A stretch of DNA of 64,000 bases, from the NCBI GenBank assembly GCA_022763365.1, contig JALEGN010000013.1:44118-108117 (forward strand), read 5' to 3'. Every line of letters starts with the position of its first letter. Position 1 is the stretch's first letter. Shown one piece after another: positions 49,622-59,233 of this stretch. The translations under genes and the position numbers were made by a program. Below the pieces are notes generated by a model. That model saw nothing but the letters and a program-made list of their open reading frames with translations, made no database searches and was not told the DNA's origin. Source of the stretch: Minisyncoccota bacterium. GTDB taxonomy: Bacteria; Patescibacteriota; Minisyncoccia; Phycocordibacterales; UBA1006.

Positions 49622-50296
49622 ATGAGAATAATTAATAAAGTACTTTGTTTTGATTATGACGAAACAACTGTTCCTACAAGCCCCTCACTTTTTAAGTTTA
49701 TGAACGATAAACTTGGGACAGATGTTCAGTCCGGTCATCATGATGATTTTGTCGAACTTTTTGGAATTACTGTTGAAAAAATGTTTCAACTTTTTGATGA
49801 ATTTGCCGAAAAAGACATCATGAAAAATGTTAAACCCTATAAAGGAATGTATGAGTTGTTTTTGGAGCTGAAAAAACTTGGGTTTAGAATCGTTGTAACA
49901 ACAGCAAGGCCAAGACCTACGTACTACAAACAAACAAGGACACATATGGATCGTTTTTTCCCAGGAATATTTGGTCCAAAGGATTTGATTATGCATGAAT
50001 ATCCTGACGAAACAATCCATAAGGTGAATAAAACTGAGATGGTGGCTTCAGTGAGTGGAGGCATGTTTATTGATGACAGCCCATCAAAAGTTGAAGAAGT
50101 TAAGAATAACATACCTGATATTCTGGTTCTTTTTAAAGAAGATAAAGAAAATCCTATTTTTGATATTAATGAATTATCTGAAGACATTATTCCTGTTAAA
50201 GATGCGAACGATATCAAAAAAGAGATTTTTAAATTTTTCAATATAACTGAAAAGGATAAAACTTACGACGCAGAAGCTCGTACCTTTACCGATTAA
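49622..50296 (+). CDS. HAD-superfamily hydrolase (possibly 5'(3')-nucleotidase-like)
   Basis: Motif I FDYDETT (DxDxT), motif II VVTTARP, motif IV FIDDS. Confidence 0.5.
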   Translation: MRIINKVLCFDYDETTVPTSPSLFKFMNDKLGTDVQSGHHDDFVELFGITVEKMFQLFDEFAEKDIMKNVKPYKGMYELFLELKKLGFRIVVTTARPRPTYYKQTRTHMDRFFPGIFGPKDLIMHEYPDETIHKVNKTEMVASVSGGMFIDDSPSKVEEVKNNIPDILVLFKEDKENPIFDINELSEDIIPVKDANDIKKEIFKFFNITEKDKTYDAEARTFTD

Positions 50297-50310
50297 AAAT
50301 TAATAAAAGC

Positions 50311-51144
50311 CTATTTCAAGATAAGGCTTTTTTTTGTTTGCTTGATAAAATTTTCTTTTTCTAGTTGATCTGCTATTTTTTGGTAGCGTTCGGACTCATC
50401 TCCTAATTGTTCGAAGACTTTTTCTTTAGAAAGTTTTTTATTTTTAAGAAGAATATCTAAAATCTTACCTCGAATCTGTCTGTCAGATCCTTGAAATTTT
50501 GATTGTTTGGTATAGTGTTTTGATTGCTTATTTGGATTATATTTAATAATTTTAGGGAGTGTTGATCCATAATCCATAAGTGCTGCATACCACTGCTGGG
50601 CATTTTCTATCTCACCCATATCGTCCATAATTTCAAAGATATCTGTATCAGTAATATTACTTTCCCCCTTAAAAAAATGATGAATAAATATACGCCTGAT
50701 ATTTGTTTCAATTAGTGGTGTGTATTCATTAAAGGCAAAGGCTCTAATAGCTCCAGCCGTATAAGGACCGATACTTGGAAGTTTTTTTAACTCTTCAAAA
50801 TCTTTTGGTAATCGTCCCTTATAATCATTCGTTACCACTTGTGCTAATTTTTGCAGACGCAAAGCGCGAGAATTATACCCAAGACCCTTCCAAGCCCGCA
50901 GAACATCAGACTGCTGTGCATTCGCTAAAACTTTCCAGCTTGAAAATTGTTTCATCCAATTTTTAAAAAATGGAATGACTCGATCAACCTGCGTCTGCTG
51001 TAACATGATCTCAGATACAGCAACGTAATACGGTGATTGTTTTTTCCGCCACGGCAGATCATGTCGTCCATATTCACCATAATATTCCATAACCGTATTA
51101 TAAAATTGTCGGTATTTTTGATTCACTCTTTGTAGTATACCCAA
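50311..51144 (-). CDS. MutY-like HhH-GPD adenine DNA glycosylase core, cysteine-free (no 4Fe-4S motif), Lys-rich C-terminal tail instead of a NUDIX-like domain
   Basis: HDLPWRKKQSPYYVAVSEIMLQQTQV, WKGLGYNSRALRL, LPSIGPYTAGAIRAFAF (HhH-GPD); zero Cys in 277 aa. Confidence 0.75.
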   Translation of the reverse strand: MGILQRVNQKYRQFYNTVMEYYGEYGRHDLPWRKKQSPYYVAVSEIMLQQTQVDRVIPFFKNWMKQFSSWKVLANAQQSDVLRAWKGLGYNSRALRLQKLAQVVTNDYKGRLPKDFEELKKLPSIGPYTAGAIRAFAFNEYTPLIETNIRRIFIHHFFKGESNITDTDIFEIMDDMGEIENAQQWYAALMDYGSTLPKIIKYNPNKQSKHYTKQSKFQGSDRQIRGKILDILLKNKKLSKEKVFEQLGDESERYQKIADQLEKENFIKQTKKSLILK

Positions 51145-51169
51145 AGATATAAATGAAAAAAGAAGATTT

Positions 51170-51586
51170 CTAATCTTCTTTTTTGGGTTTTAGGGTTAAG
51201 GCAACTGAATTAATACAGTAACGTAAACCTGTTGTGTCACGAGGTCCATCGGGAAATACATGGCCCAGGTGCCCACCACACCTAGCACACACAACTTCTG
51301 TCCGAGTCATACCGTGACTTTCATCAACCTTGGTTTCTACCGCATCAGAATTTTCTATATCATCAAAACTTGGCCAACCACATCCACTATGAAATTTATT
51401 GTCTGAAGAAAATAATTGATTACCACATCCTGCACAAAGGTATAGACCGTCAGTCGTTACATCAGTATATTCACCTGTAAAAGATCGCTCAGTCCCTGCC
51501 TCACGCAGAACGCGGTATTGTTCAGGGGTAAGTTCTTTCTTCCACTCTTCGTTTGTTTTTTCTATTTTATCCATAAATGTATTCAA
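51170..51586 (-). CDS. msrB: Peptide methionine-(R)-S-oxide reductase
   Basis: [35 protein letters not shown] catalytic Cys. Confidence 0.9.
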   Translation of the reverse strand: MNTFMDKIEKTNEEWKKELTPEQYRVLREAGTERSFTGEYTDVTTDGLYLCAGCGNQLFSSDNKFHSGCGWPSFDDIENSDAVETKVDESHGMTRTEVVCARCGGHLGHVFPDGPRDTTGLRYCINSVALTLKPKKED

Positions 51587-52223
51587 TACTATCTTTTAAT
51601 GCTGCAATCTTATCTGCTCGAGAAAAATCGTCTCCATAAATAATTTTTAATTTTTCATGGAAATGATTATCTTCTTTCTCTATTTGTGGAAGCGATAAAT
51701 AAAGATTTTTAGGAAATGATTGTTTTTTATACCAGTACCATTCATTAATTATTTGAGGATACAAGGTAGCAATTTTTTTCATAAATGATGCCGGATTATC
51801 GATTGCATCTTCTAAATTTCTCACAACATGTAATCTATTTCTTTTCCTGTGTTCCTTTAATTCATGGGAATGAAATGTTTTAGGAATATCTCCTTGATAA
51901 AAGGTATGGGCAAAATCTAAAAGTTTTTGCCCTTTATCTTTTTTATCATATACAACTTCGGAAAATTGTAATTTTGTCTGAAATCTATCAAAAAAGGTAT
52001 TTTCTAAAATTGGAAGTTCCTCTAACTTAAATTCAAAATGATGTTCTTTAATTTCATCACGATAGATATCTTGCTGTTGTTTCGTATTTACTAACACAAT
52101 AAAATCCCAATCTGAGTGTTGCTTTGCATAACCGTTAACCCTCGAACCATGAAGAATAATGGCTTCAACATCGCTAAACTTATTAAGTAAATATTCAATT
52201 ATTTCATTAGGAACTCTATTCAT
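51567..52223 (-). CDS. Pol-beta-superfamily nucleotidyltransferase-domain protein
   Basis: [23 protein letters not shown] (GS...D.D minimal NTase motif); overlaps the msrB start. Confidence 0.5.
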   Translation of the reverse strand: MNRVPNEIIEYLLNKFSDVEAIILHGSRVNGYAKQHSDWDFIVLVNTKQQQDIYRDEIKEHHFEFKLEELPILENTFFDRFQTKLQFSEVVYDKKDKGQKLLDFAHTFYQGDIPKTFHSHELKEHRKRNRLHVVRNLEDAIDNPASFMKKIATLYPQIINEWYWYKKQSFPKNLYLSLPQIEKEDNHFHEKLKIIYGDDFSRADKIAALKDSIEYIYG

Positions 52224-53154
52224 GATTAATAATAAAGTTAGCGATTTCTAAATATGCTTCTTCGGCAACAAGGTGTTTCGTATTTTTTAAAATGACTACC
52301 TCATCTTCATCTAGATTCATTTCATTTTTTAATAATTCAGCTGATGAACTATCTAAAAATGGATCGTTTTCACCCCATAGTACAGACACAGAGACTCCGG
52401 AGTCTACAAACCATGACCGATAGGTATCAAGGTTTTCTTTGATATCTTTGGTGCGCGTAAAGAAATGAACTAATGACATTGCTCCTTTGCGTAGTGGGAA
52501 CCAATATCCTGCACGTTCAGGCGGTGAGAAATTAATATCTTGCGTTCCAGTATTAATCATATTATTCACAATGAGCTTCCCGATATAAGGATGTGCATGG
52601 AGACTCAACACCCATCTATGTAATGGGTTTGAATATGAAAAATCGGCCGGTGGATTAAAAGTCTCCTTATACAGGATCGTATTTAATACATACATGTGAG
52701 AAATTTTTTCTGGCTGCTCTTTAATCATATGCCATGAAATAATTCCTCCCATATCGTGCGTTACCTGTTCCCATGAATCTATATCGAGACTCTCCATCAA
52801 TCCAAATAAGGTTTCTGCCTGGATATCAAAATCATGCATTTGATATTGAGCAGGTCTTGATGATGCTCCAAAACCAATCAGGTCAGGTGCAATTACTCGA
52901 TATCCATTCCCTGCCAGCTCAGTAGCAAGATTTCGATACATCCATGAATTCGTTGGTACTCCATGAATTAATAGAATTGTTTGACCTTCCCCAATATCAA
53001 GATACTTCATTTGCCCATTAACGGAGTCAAAAATTTCAAGTCCCTTAACATATTCTTGATAATCATTTTCTACACCATCTTTATCTCTTAAAACGATATA
53101 TCCAATAGCAAGTCCTAAAATAATAAACCCTAAAATTATTGAGAGTATTTTCAT
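52216..53154 (-). CDS. Alpha/beta-hydrolase, haloalkane-dehalogenase-like (Asp nucleophile), membrane-anchored
   Basis: ILLIHGVPTNSWMYRN oxyanion region; nucleophile elbow THDMGGI (G-x-D-x-G as in the HLD family); N-terminal TM. Confidence 0.65.
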   Translation of the reverse strand: MKILSIILGFIILGLAIGYIVLRDKDGVENDYQEYVKGLEIFDSVNGQMKYLDIGEGQTILLIHGVPTNSWMYRNLATELAGNGYRVIAPDLIGFGASSRPAQYQMHDFDIQAETLFGLMESLDIDSWEQVTHDMGGIISWHMIKEQPEKISHMYVLNTILYKETFNPPADFSYSNPLHRWVLSLHAHPYIGKLIVNNMINTGTQDINFSPPERAGYWFPLRKGAMSLVHFFTRTKDIKENLDTYRSWFVDSGVSVSVLWGENDPFLDSSSAELLKNEMNLDEDEVVILKNTKHLVAEEAYLEIANFIINHE

Positions 53155-53223
53155 ATATTCAGTATAGTTGATTTGCTATTTTATATAAAACAAAAGAGCT
53201 GTTAAAAACAGCTCTTTCTTAAA

Positions 53224-53904
53224 TTATTTTAAGGTATACGTAATACCAAAGTTAACAAGACCTTCTTGAGAAGCATTTTCCCAATTGTGTCTATAATTGT
53301 AGCGTATTTCTGCATTCAATTTCCCTTGATCAAAATCAAATAACTGACTTCTATAACCAATACCTAAGGTAATATGATCTTCTTGAAACCAAATATCTGA
53401 TTGTATACTTTTGTTACCCTGAAGAGCAAAAACCCCAAAAGGATTTATTACAAAAGTATTCTTTGACTCTCTCGTAAAGGTTCGAATCAAAGATGTTCTC
53501 AAACCAAAGCTATTCTTCTGTATCTTTTTAGAAAATCCTGTTTGAAATATAAACAAAGGATCTCCAACAGGAATAAATTCCTCGTCAGACTGAATAATAG
53601 TTCCACTTAACCACATTGTGAATGTTTCATTTTTGATAAATTGATATTTACCCAATAAAAATGAGTAATTACCTGAACTTTGATTATCTACCAGGTCCAC
53701 ACTCTTAATAAAAAGAAGTGAGAATCTATTACATGAAAACGTTTGGTAAAATTCAAAGACAGGTTCTTCATTCAGTGCATTTCCTACAACAGGTGCGTAC
53801 GACCTATGTGCAATAGAAAAGCTTGTTGAGTAAGTGTTTTTCTCTTGAGAGAAAACGGTTGTCGAAAAAAGGGTTATGAGAATGATTAGAAATATATTTT
53901 TCAT
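53224..53904 (-). CDS. Secreted beta-strand-rich hypothetical protein (paralog-like of 45135-45833)
   Basis: Signal peptide MKNIFLIILITLFSTTVFSQ; beta-rich; followed by a bidirectional terminator at about 53185-53215. Confidence 0.4.
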   Translation of the reverse strand: MKNIFLIILITLFSTTVFSQEKNTYSTSFSIAHRSYAPVVGNALNEEPVFEFYQTFSCNRFSLLFIKSVDLVDNQSSGNYSFLLGKYQFIKNETFTMWLSGTIIQSDEEFIPVGDPLFIFQTGFSKKIQKNSFGLRTSLIRTFTRESKNTFVINPFGVFALQGNKSIQSDIWFQEDHITLGIGYRSQLFDFDQGKLNAEIRYNYRHNWENASQEGLVNFGITYTLK

Positions 53905-53922
53905 TTTGAAATTGTTTAAAAA

Positions 53923-55098
53923 TTAGAAATTAAGATTTTTTACGAAATTAACTTCTGAATTTTTAGGTGGATTCCAAAGAGTATCAAGATAAACTTCTTT
54001 AATAAGAAAGAAATAGCGATACACATGCTTCACCATCACTGATATAAGCAGGCCTATATTATCCTCTTGAAGATAATGAAAAATAGCATATGTCTGTTGG
54101 TAATCTTCAACACAACAAACGCCTGTATCACAGCTATCACACCAATCTGGTGGCCCATTATCATACACAACGTGTGCAATATCAGTACGGGTACCTAAAG
54201 GTGTGTTATAAGCCAATACCTTTACAAACGAAGAGCAGAACACGAGTATCAACATTGATACAAAGAAAGATCTTTGGATTTTGATATTCCTTTGATAAAA
54301 ATATTTACTCATACTAACTCGTCCTAAATTACGGACGTATAAGTCAAGTAAGTCCTTTTCCTTTTTTGATAAGGCTCGTAATGGCTTGTCTCCATATTGT
54401 CTAATCGTTACTTCACCTTTGAACCAAAACCATAAACGAATTGGCCATATCAATAGATCACAAATGAACTGCTTTCTGTTGCGTGGATCAAATAACGATT
54501 CATTGAGTGGGTTTCTCCAAATCTTATTTAACGAAAGAAACAAAATAAGAAAACCAAAAAATAAATAATTATTGAAGATTTTCCGAGCTAAGGTAGTTAA
54601 ACTAGTAGATACTTCAGCCCACGTAATTGGGTCTGATTTTTTTGTGCCCATAACGCTGTCTCTAGCATCTTCGATTTCCTCTGAAGAAATTTTTCTCGAA
54701 CGAACTAAGTCATTGAATCTCTTGAAAATTGAATTTCCCATTGATGGGTTTGCTAGATAGTGTAGGCGACTGTAATCAGGTCCTTGACGAACTAGATACT
54801 GAAATTCTGTAGTTTGCTCGAGACTATCAAGATATTTTATATGCTTGAAATAGTCATACGCATCAAAATCTCCTTTTTCTATCTTTGTATTAACGATATC
54901 GTTTTGTTGTTCAATCTTTGTAATCAGAAAACGAGAAACGTTTTGTCTTTGTTCTTCTGTTACTAAAGTCGAGGGTACGCAATCATTGCCATTATCAAAA
55001 GAATTGATAAATGATTGAGTGATTGATGATGAATATATCCAAAAAAATGCCGCTACTATGAGGCAGATCTGAATACATCGTGAAATAATCTGCTTCAT
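53923..55098 (-). CDS. Hypothetical membrane protein with Cys-rich C-terminal segment
   Basis: N-terminal signal/TM, internal TMs, ...PPDWCDSCDTGVCCVEDY; no homolog recognised. Confidence 0.4.
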   Translation of the reverse strand: MKQIISRCIQICLIVAAFFWIYSSSITQSFINSFDNGNDCVPSTLVTEEQRQNVSRFLITKIEQQNDIVNTKIEKGDFDAYDYFKHIKYLDSLEQTTEFQYLVRQGPDYSRLHYLANPSMGNSIFKRFNDLVRSRKISSEEIEDARDSVMGTKKSDPITWAEVSTSLTTLARKIFNNYLFFGFLILFLSLNKIWRNPLNESLFDPRNRKQFICDLLIWPIRLWFWFKGEVTIRQYGDKPLRALSKKEKDLLDLYVRNLGRVSMSKYFYQRNIKIQRSFFVSMLILVFCSSFVKVLAYNTPLGTRTDIAHVVYDNGPPDWCDSCDTGVCCVEDYQQTYAIFHYLQEDNIGLLISVMVKHVYRYFFLIKEVYLDTLWNPPKNSEVNFVKNLNF

Positions 55099-55198
55099 AT
55101 GATGAAATTTTAAAGGTTAATATTTAAATATATTATATAGTATAATATATAATTGTCAATATTATATATCTAAAATAAAACAGCTCTCGCTGATTATT

Positions 55199-56902
55199 TT
55201 AGGCCTCACAGGATTCGCAAGACAGTAACTTCCGATTAAACTGCTGCGCAGCATTCATACTATGTTGATAGTACAAAGCTTTAATTCCTAATTTCCAAGC
55301 TTCAACGTAAATAGCGTTAATATCTTTTACCGGTGTTTGTGGGTGAATCATAATATTTAATGATTGTCCTTGGTCGATATATCGCTGACGTGCTGCAGCT
55401 TGTTGAATGATGTTCATTTGATTAATTTCCGGGAAGGTTTTAAATACTTCTCGTTCTTTTTCACTCAAGATGTCATCACCAAGATGCTGAACTGATCCGT
55501 CATTATCACGAATTGATTGCCACACTTCTCGAGTATTATGACCTTTTTGATCAAGAAGATTTTCAAGGAGTGGATTTTTAATAGTAACCTTCATCTTTGC
55601 AATGTCTTTTACATAACAATTAGACCAAATTGGTTCAATTCCCTGTGATACCTGCCCAAGGATAAAGGCAGATGATGTCGTAGGAGCTACCGCCATAGTG
55701 GTTGTGTTTCGACGGCCATATCCTTTAAGAATTTCCGGTTCCCCATAAGTTTCTGCCATTTCAGTTGAAGCAGCGAGTGATTTATCACGAATTAATTTAA
55801 AGATTTCAGTGTTCAATTTAGCAGACTCAATAGATTCAAAAGGAAGCATCTTTGATTGTAACAATGAGTGCCAACCAAGAACCCCAAGCCCAAGCGCACG
55901 GTTTTGTACGGCAAAATTATATGCGCGTTCCATAAACCGGAAACGGTCTTGATCTTCTCGTGTATCTGAATCACGATATGCTTCTAATTTATTGATGAAC
56001 TCTTGCATCACAGCATCAAGAAAATAGGTTAAGGTTTCAACCGCATCAGTATCTTTCCATTCTTCGTAATGCCGAACATTAATTGATGAAAGACAACATA
56101 CGAATGACCAGTCTTCTTTTGAAGGAAGCATGATTTCTGAACACATATTTGATGCATAGATTTTCAAATCCTTGTCTTTATACACATCAACAGTTCCGTT
56201 ATTGGCATTATCAGCAAACATAATATATGGATAGCCCATTTCATTACGTGCCTGAATTACCTTTGCCCATAATTGACGTTTTTCAACATCACCATCAATC
56301 ATTTCTTGCATCCATTTGTCAGTCACCGTCACACCATGGGTTAATTTTTGGATTGGATGACCTTCGGTTCCAATTTTTAAAAATTCTTCTGCATCTGGAT
56401 GTTCAATAGGAAGATACGGTGAGAGATGCCCACGACGAACACCACCTTGAGATACGACTCCAATCAAAGTTTCAAAGAGTTCCATGAAATGAACAGCTCC
56501 TGAAGCAGTTCCCTCATTTTTAATTGGAGCTCCTCGATGACGAAGTGCACCAAAATATCCAGAACATCCTCCACCCATTTTTGACATCATTCCAACTTCT
56601 GCTTGGGTACTTAAAATACTACCCATATCATCAGCCAAATAAGAACCAAAACATGAAATAGGCAGCCCACGTTCATGTCCAAAGTTTGCCCATACCGGAG
56701 AGGATAGAGAATAGTATCCTTTTGACATGTAGTCATAAAATTTATCTGCAAATCCTGGTTTTTCTAAAATTTTTTCAGCAGTCTCTGCAATTTCGCGAAT
56801 GCGATCTTCGGCGCTGACTCCTGGCAGAAGGTAGCCACGTTCTAAAAATGTTCGACTGTTTTCGTTTAACCAATTCATAATAGTGTGTATTTTCTGATTC
56901 AA
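55199..56902 (-). CDS. nrdA: Class I ribonucleotide reductase large (catalytic) subunit, without N-terminal ATP-cone
   Basis: NMCSEIMLP (radical Cys/Glu loop), GGG..CSGYFGALRHRG, C-terminal redox pair SCESCEA; N-terminus has no ATP-cone signature. Confidence 0.85.
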   Translation of the reverse strand: MNQKIHTIMNWLNENSRTFLERGYLLPGVSAEDRIREIAETAEKILEKPGFADKFYDYMSKGYYSLSSPVWANFGHERGLPISCFGSYLADDMGSILSTQAEVGMMSKMGGGCSGYFGALRHRGAPIKNEGTASGAVHFMELFETLIGVVSQGGVRRGHLSPYLPIEHPDAEEFLKIGTEGHPIQKLTHGVTVTDKWMQEMIDGDVEKRQLWAKVIQARNEMGYPYIMFADNANNGTVDVYKDKDLKIYASNMCSEIMLPSKEDWSFVCCLSSINVRHYEEWKDTDAVETLTYFLDAVMQEFINKLEAYRDSDTREDQDRFRFMERAYNFAVQNRALGLGVLGWHSLLQSKMLPFESIESAKLNTEIFKLIRDKSLAASTEMAETYGEPEILKGYGRRNTTTMAVAPTTSSAFILGQVSQGIEPIWSNCYVKDIAKMKVTIKNPLLENLLDQKGHNTREVWQSIRDNDGSVQHLGDDILSEKEREVFKTFPEINQMNIIQQAAARQRYIDQGQSLNIMIHPQTPVKDINAIYVEAWKLGIKALYYQHSMNAAQQFNRKLLSCESCEA

Positions 56903-56911
56903 ATATACAAA

Positions 56912-56935
56912 TAGACCTAAGCGTTTAGGTCTATG
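56912..56935 (-). promoter_or_regulatory. Intercistronic hairpin between nrdB and nrdA
   Basis: Perfect 10-bp stem atagacctaa/ttaggtctat with 3-nt loop in the 64-nt nrdB-nrdA spacer. Confidence 0.35.
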
Positions 56936-56966
56936 TGTATCTAATTAAAGGTGCTAATAATGGTGA

Positions 56967-58241
56967 CTAGAAGAGATCGTCACTGGTGATAGATTTACTT
57001 CGTTTGTTGTAGTTAACCGATCGTTTATCAAAGAAATCACCGTGTTTCGTTGCAACAATTTCATCATCAAACCATTCAGTTTCAAGAAGAAGAGAGTCAT
57101 CAGTTTCAAAAACTGGTGTAATACCAATAGATTTGAGTGATCGATTAAATCGATCTTTTACGAACTCTTTAACAACAGCTGACGGTAAGAAATCAAGTTC
57201 TCCATTTGAGAAAATCCAATCAATAATTTCAGCCTCTGATTCGTAAGCTTCGAGGCAGACTTCACGGACTCGGTCATCGTGCTCTTTAGAGAACCACGTT
57301 GGATTTTCATTTTTAATAATATTAATGATATCAATTCCAAAGTTTCCATGAATTTGCTCTTCTTTTGAAGTTGCCTCAACAACATTGGAAATACCTTTCA
57401 GCATATTTTTATGCTTATTAAAGGCCATGATAATAAGGAATTGAGAGAACAATGATACATGCTCGATAAAGAGTGAGAAGAGCATAATACATTCTGCATA
57501 ATCTTTGTTGTCATCAGATTTTGCATTTTTAAGTGCATTGTCTAAATACTGCACACGCCTCATGATTACTGGATTCTTTTTCAAGTTCTTAAACTCATTA
57601 TTAAGTCCAAGAATTTCTAAAAGGTGTGAATAGGCATCGTGGTGGCGAACTTCTGATTCTGCAAAAGTTGCTCCAACAGCACCAATTTCTGCTTTTGGCA
57701 TTTTTTTATAAATATCTCCCCAGAATGATTTCACTGCCACTTCAATTTGCGAAATAGCAAGCATAGCGTTTTTAATAGCTGATTGCTCAACCTCGTCTAG
57801 ATTCACCTTGAAGTCCTGAATATCAGCAATAAAATTAAATTCAGTATGAATCCAATATGAATGACGAATAGCATCAACATATTGATTAAGTTGTGGGTAT
57901 TCGTAAGGTTTAAGAGCTACACGTCGTTCAAATACATTGGTCGCTCGTTCTGCAGCACGTGCCTGACGATAAATAATGTATGATTTTGCGACCTCACGGA
58001 ATCCTGAAACCATAAGAGCCTCTTCAACGACATCTTGAATCTCTTCAATATTAGGAATATATTTCGGATTCATTTCTGCACGCTGCAGAAGTTCTTGGTA
58101 AACCAGTTCGGCAACACGTTCAGCATCATTACGCTCTCCATTACCGACTTCACGCATGGCATTATTGACTGCCTTTACGATTTTTTGGATATCAAATTTT
58201 TTGATATCTCCATTTCTTTTTTGAACTTGTGTAATTTCCAT
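56967..58241 (-). CDS. nrdB: Class I ribonucleotide reductase radical-generating subunit with N-terminal ATP-cone domain
   Basis: N-terminus MEITQVQKRNGDIKKFDIQKIVKAVNNAM...IEEIQDVVEEAL...AKSYIIYRQ is an ATP-cone signature; ferritin-like core with SEVRHHDAYSHL and EEQIHGNFG metal ligands. Confidence 0.85.
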   Translation of the reverse strand: MEITQVQKRNGDIKKFDIQKIVKAVNNAMREVGNGERNDAERVAELVYQELLQRAEMNPKYIPNIEEIQDVVEEALMVSGFREVAKSYIIYRQARAAERATNVFERRVALKPYEYPQLNQYVDAIRHSYWIHTEFNFIADIQDFKVNLDEVEQSAIKNAMLAISQIEVAVKSFWGDIYKKMPKAEIGAVGATFAESEVRHHDAYSHLLEILGLNNEFKNLKKNPVIMRRVQYLDNALKNAKSDDNKDYAECIMLFSLFIEHVSLFSQFLIIMAFNKHKNMLKGISNVVEATSKEEQIHGNFGIDIINIIKNENPTWFSKEHDDRVREVCLEAYESEAEIIDWIFSNGELDFLPSAVVKEFVKDRFNRSLKSIGITPVFETDDSLLLETEWFDDEIVATKHGDFFDKRSVNYNKRSKSITSDDLF

Positions 58242-58533
58242 GTAGTAAAGAGTTAATTTCGAATAAAACAACAGCTTCATGAACTAACAACACCGTAGAA
58301 CAGAAATAACACACATCATGATTTTGATGGCGAGAATTCATGTAGCATTTGATTATGAATCCATTATACCAAGCCATGAACAAAGTCCGAAATTTTCGCT
58401 CAAAAAATTAGAACTAAATAATTTCTCTGAAATCTCGTCAAGAATTTTACATATGAAACCAAGAAAATCTAAGGTCTTTGGAAAGCGATAAATAAAAAAA
58501 CAACAGGATACTGTTGTCTAGTTTTTAACAAAA

Positions 58534-59148
58534 TTATGCCAAATCGTTCATTTCTGGTTTTTGAGAGAAACGCATTGATACCTGATCCCAATCAATAAGT
58601 GCCCAAATATTATTCAAATACTCAACTCGTTTGTTTTGGTATTTCAAATAATAGGCGTGTTCCCATACATCAACCCCAATTAATGGATATCCGGCATTAA
58701 TATCACTCATTAATGGATTATCTTGGTTTTTTGTTGTGGTGATTTCAAGTTTTCCATCATTGAGGACCAGCCAACACCAACCTGAACCAAAAACTCCTAA
58801 AGCAGCTTTCGTAAATTCAGCTTTGAAATCTTCAAGACTACCAAAGGTTTCATTAATAAGGTTCATTAACTCCATAGATGGCGTTGTCATCGTATCATCA
58901 AGAATACTCCAAAAAATAGTGTGATTATAATGACCTCCAGCATTATTTCGGATAGCAGCTGGATAATCTCCTATATTTTCGAACAATGTTTCAATACGTT
59001 CGCAATCAATATTGTTATCAACACAAGCTTGGTTAACTTTTTTAACGTAGCCAGCGTGATGTTTAAGGTGGTGAATCTCCATCGTTTGAGCATCGATATA
59101 TGGCTCATACGATGAATATGGATTTCTTAACTCAGGTAATACAAACAT
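58534..59148 (-). CDS. sodA: Fe/Mn superoxide dismutase
   Basis: HHLKHHAGYV, DVWEHAYYLKYQN metal-ligand motifs; intrinsic terminator downstream (minus) at about 58505-58533. Confidence 0.95.
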   Translation of the reverse strand: MFVLPELRNPYSSYEPYIDAQTMEIHHLKHHAGYVKKVNQACVDNNIDCERIETLFENIGDYPAAIRNNAGGHYNHTIFWSILDDTMTTPSMELMNLINETFGSLEDFKAEFTKAALGVFGSGWCWLVLNDGKLEITTTKNQDNPLMSDINAGYPLIGVDVWEHAYYLKYQNKRVEYLNNIWALIDWDQVSMRFSQKPEMNDLA

Positions 59149-59233
59149 AATAATTTAGGATTATAGAATAAGTATACGTAGTATACCAATATTACATGGC
59201 TTAACCAAAATTTCTCTCGCCTATTAAGGGAAA

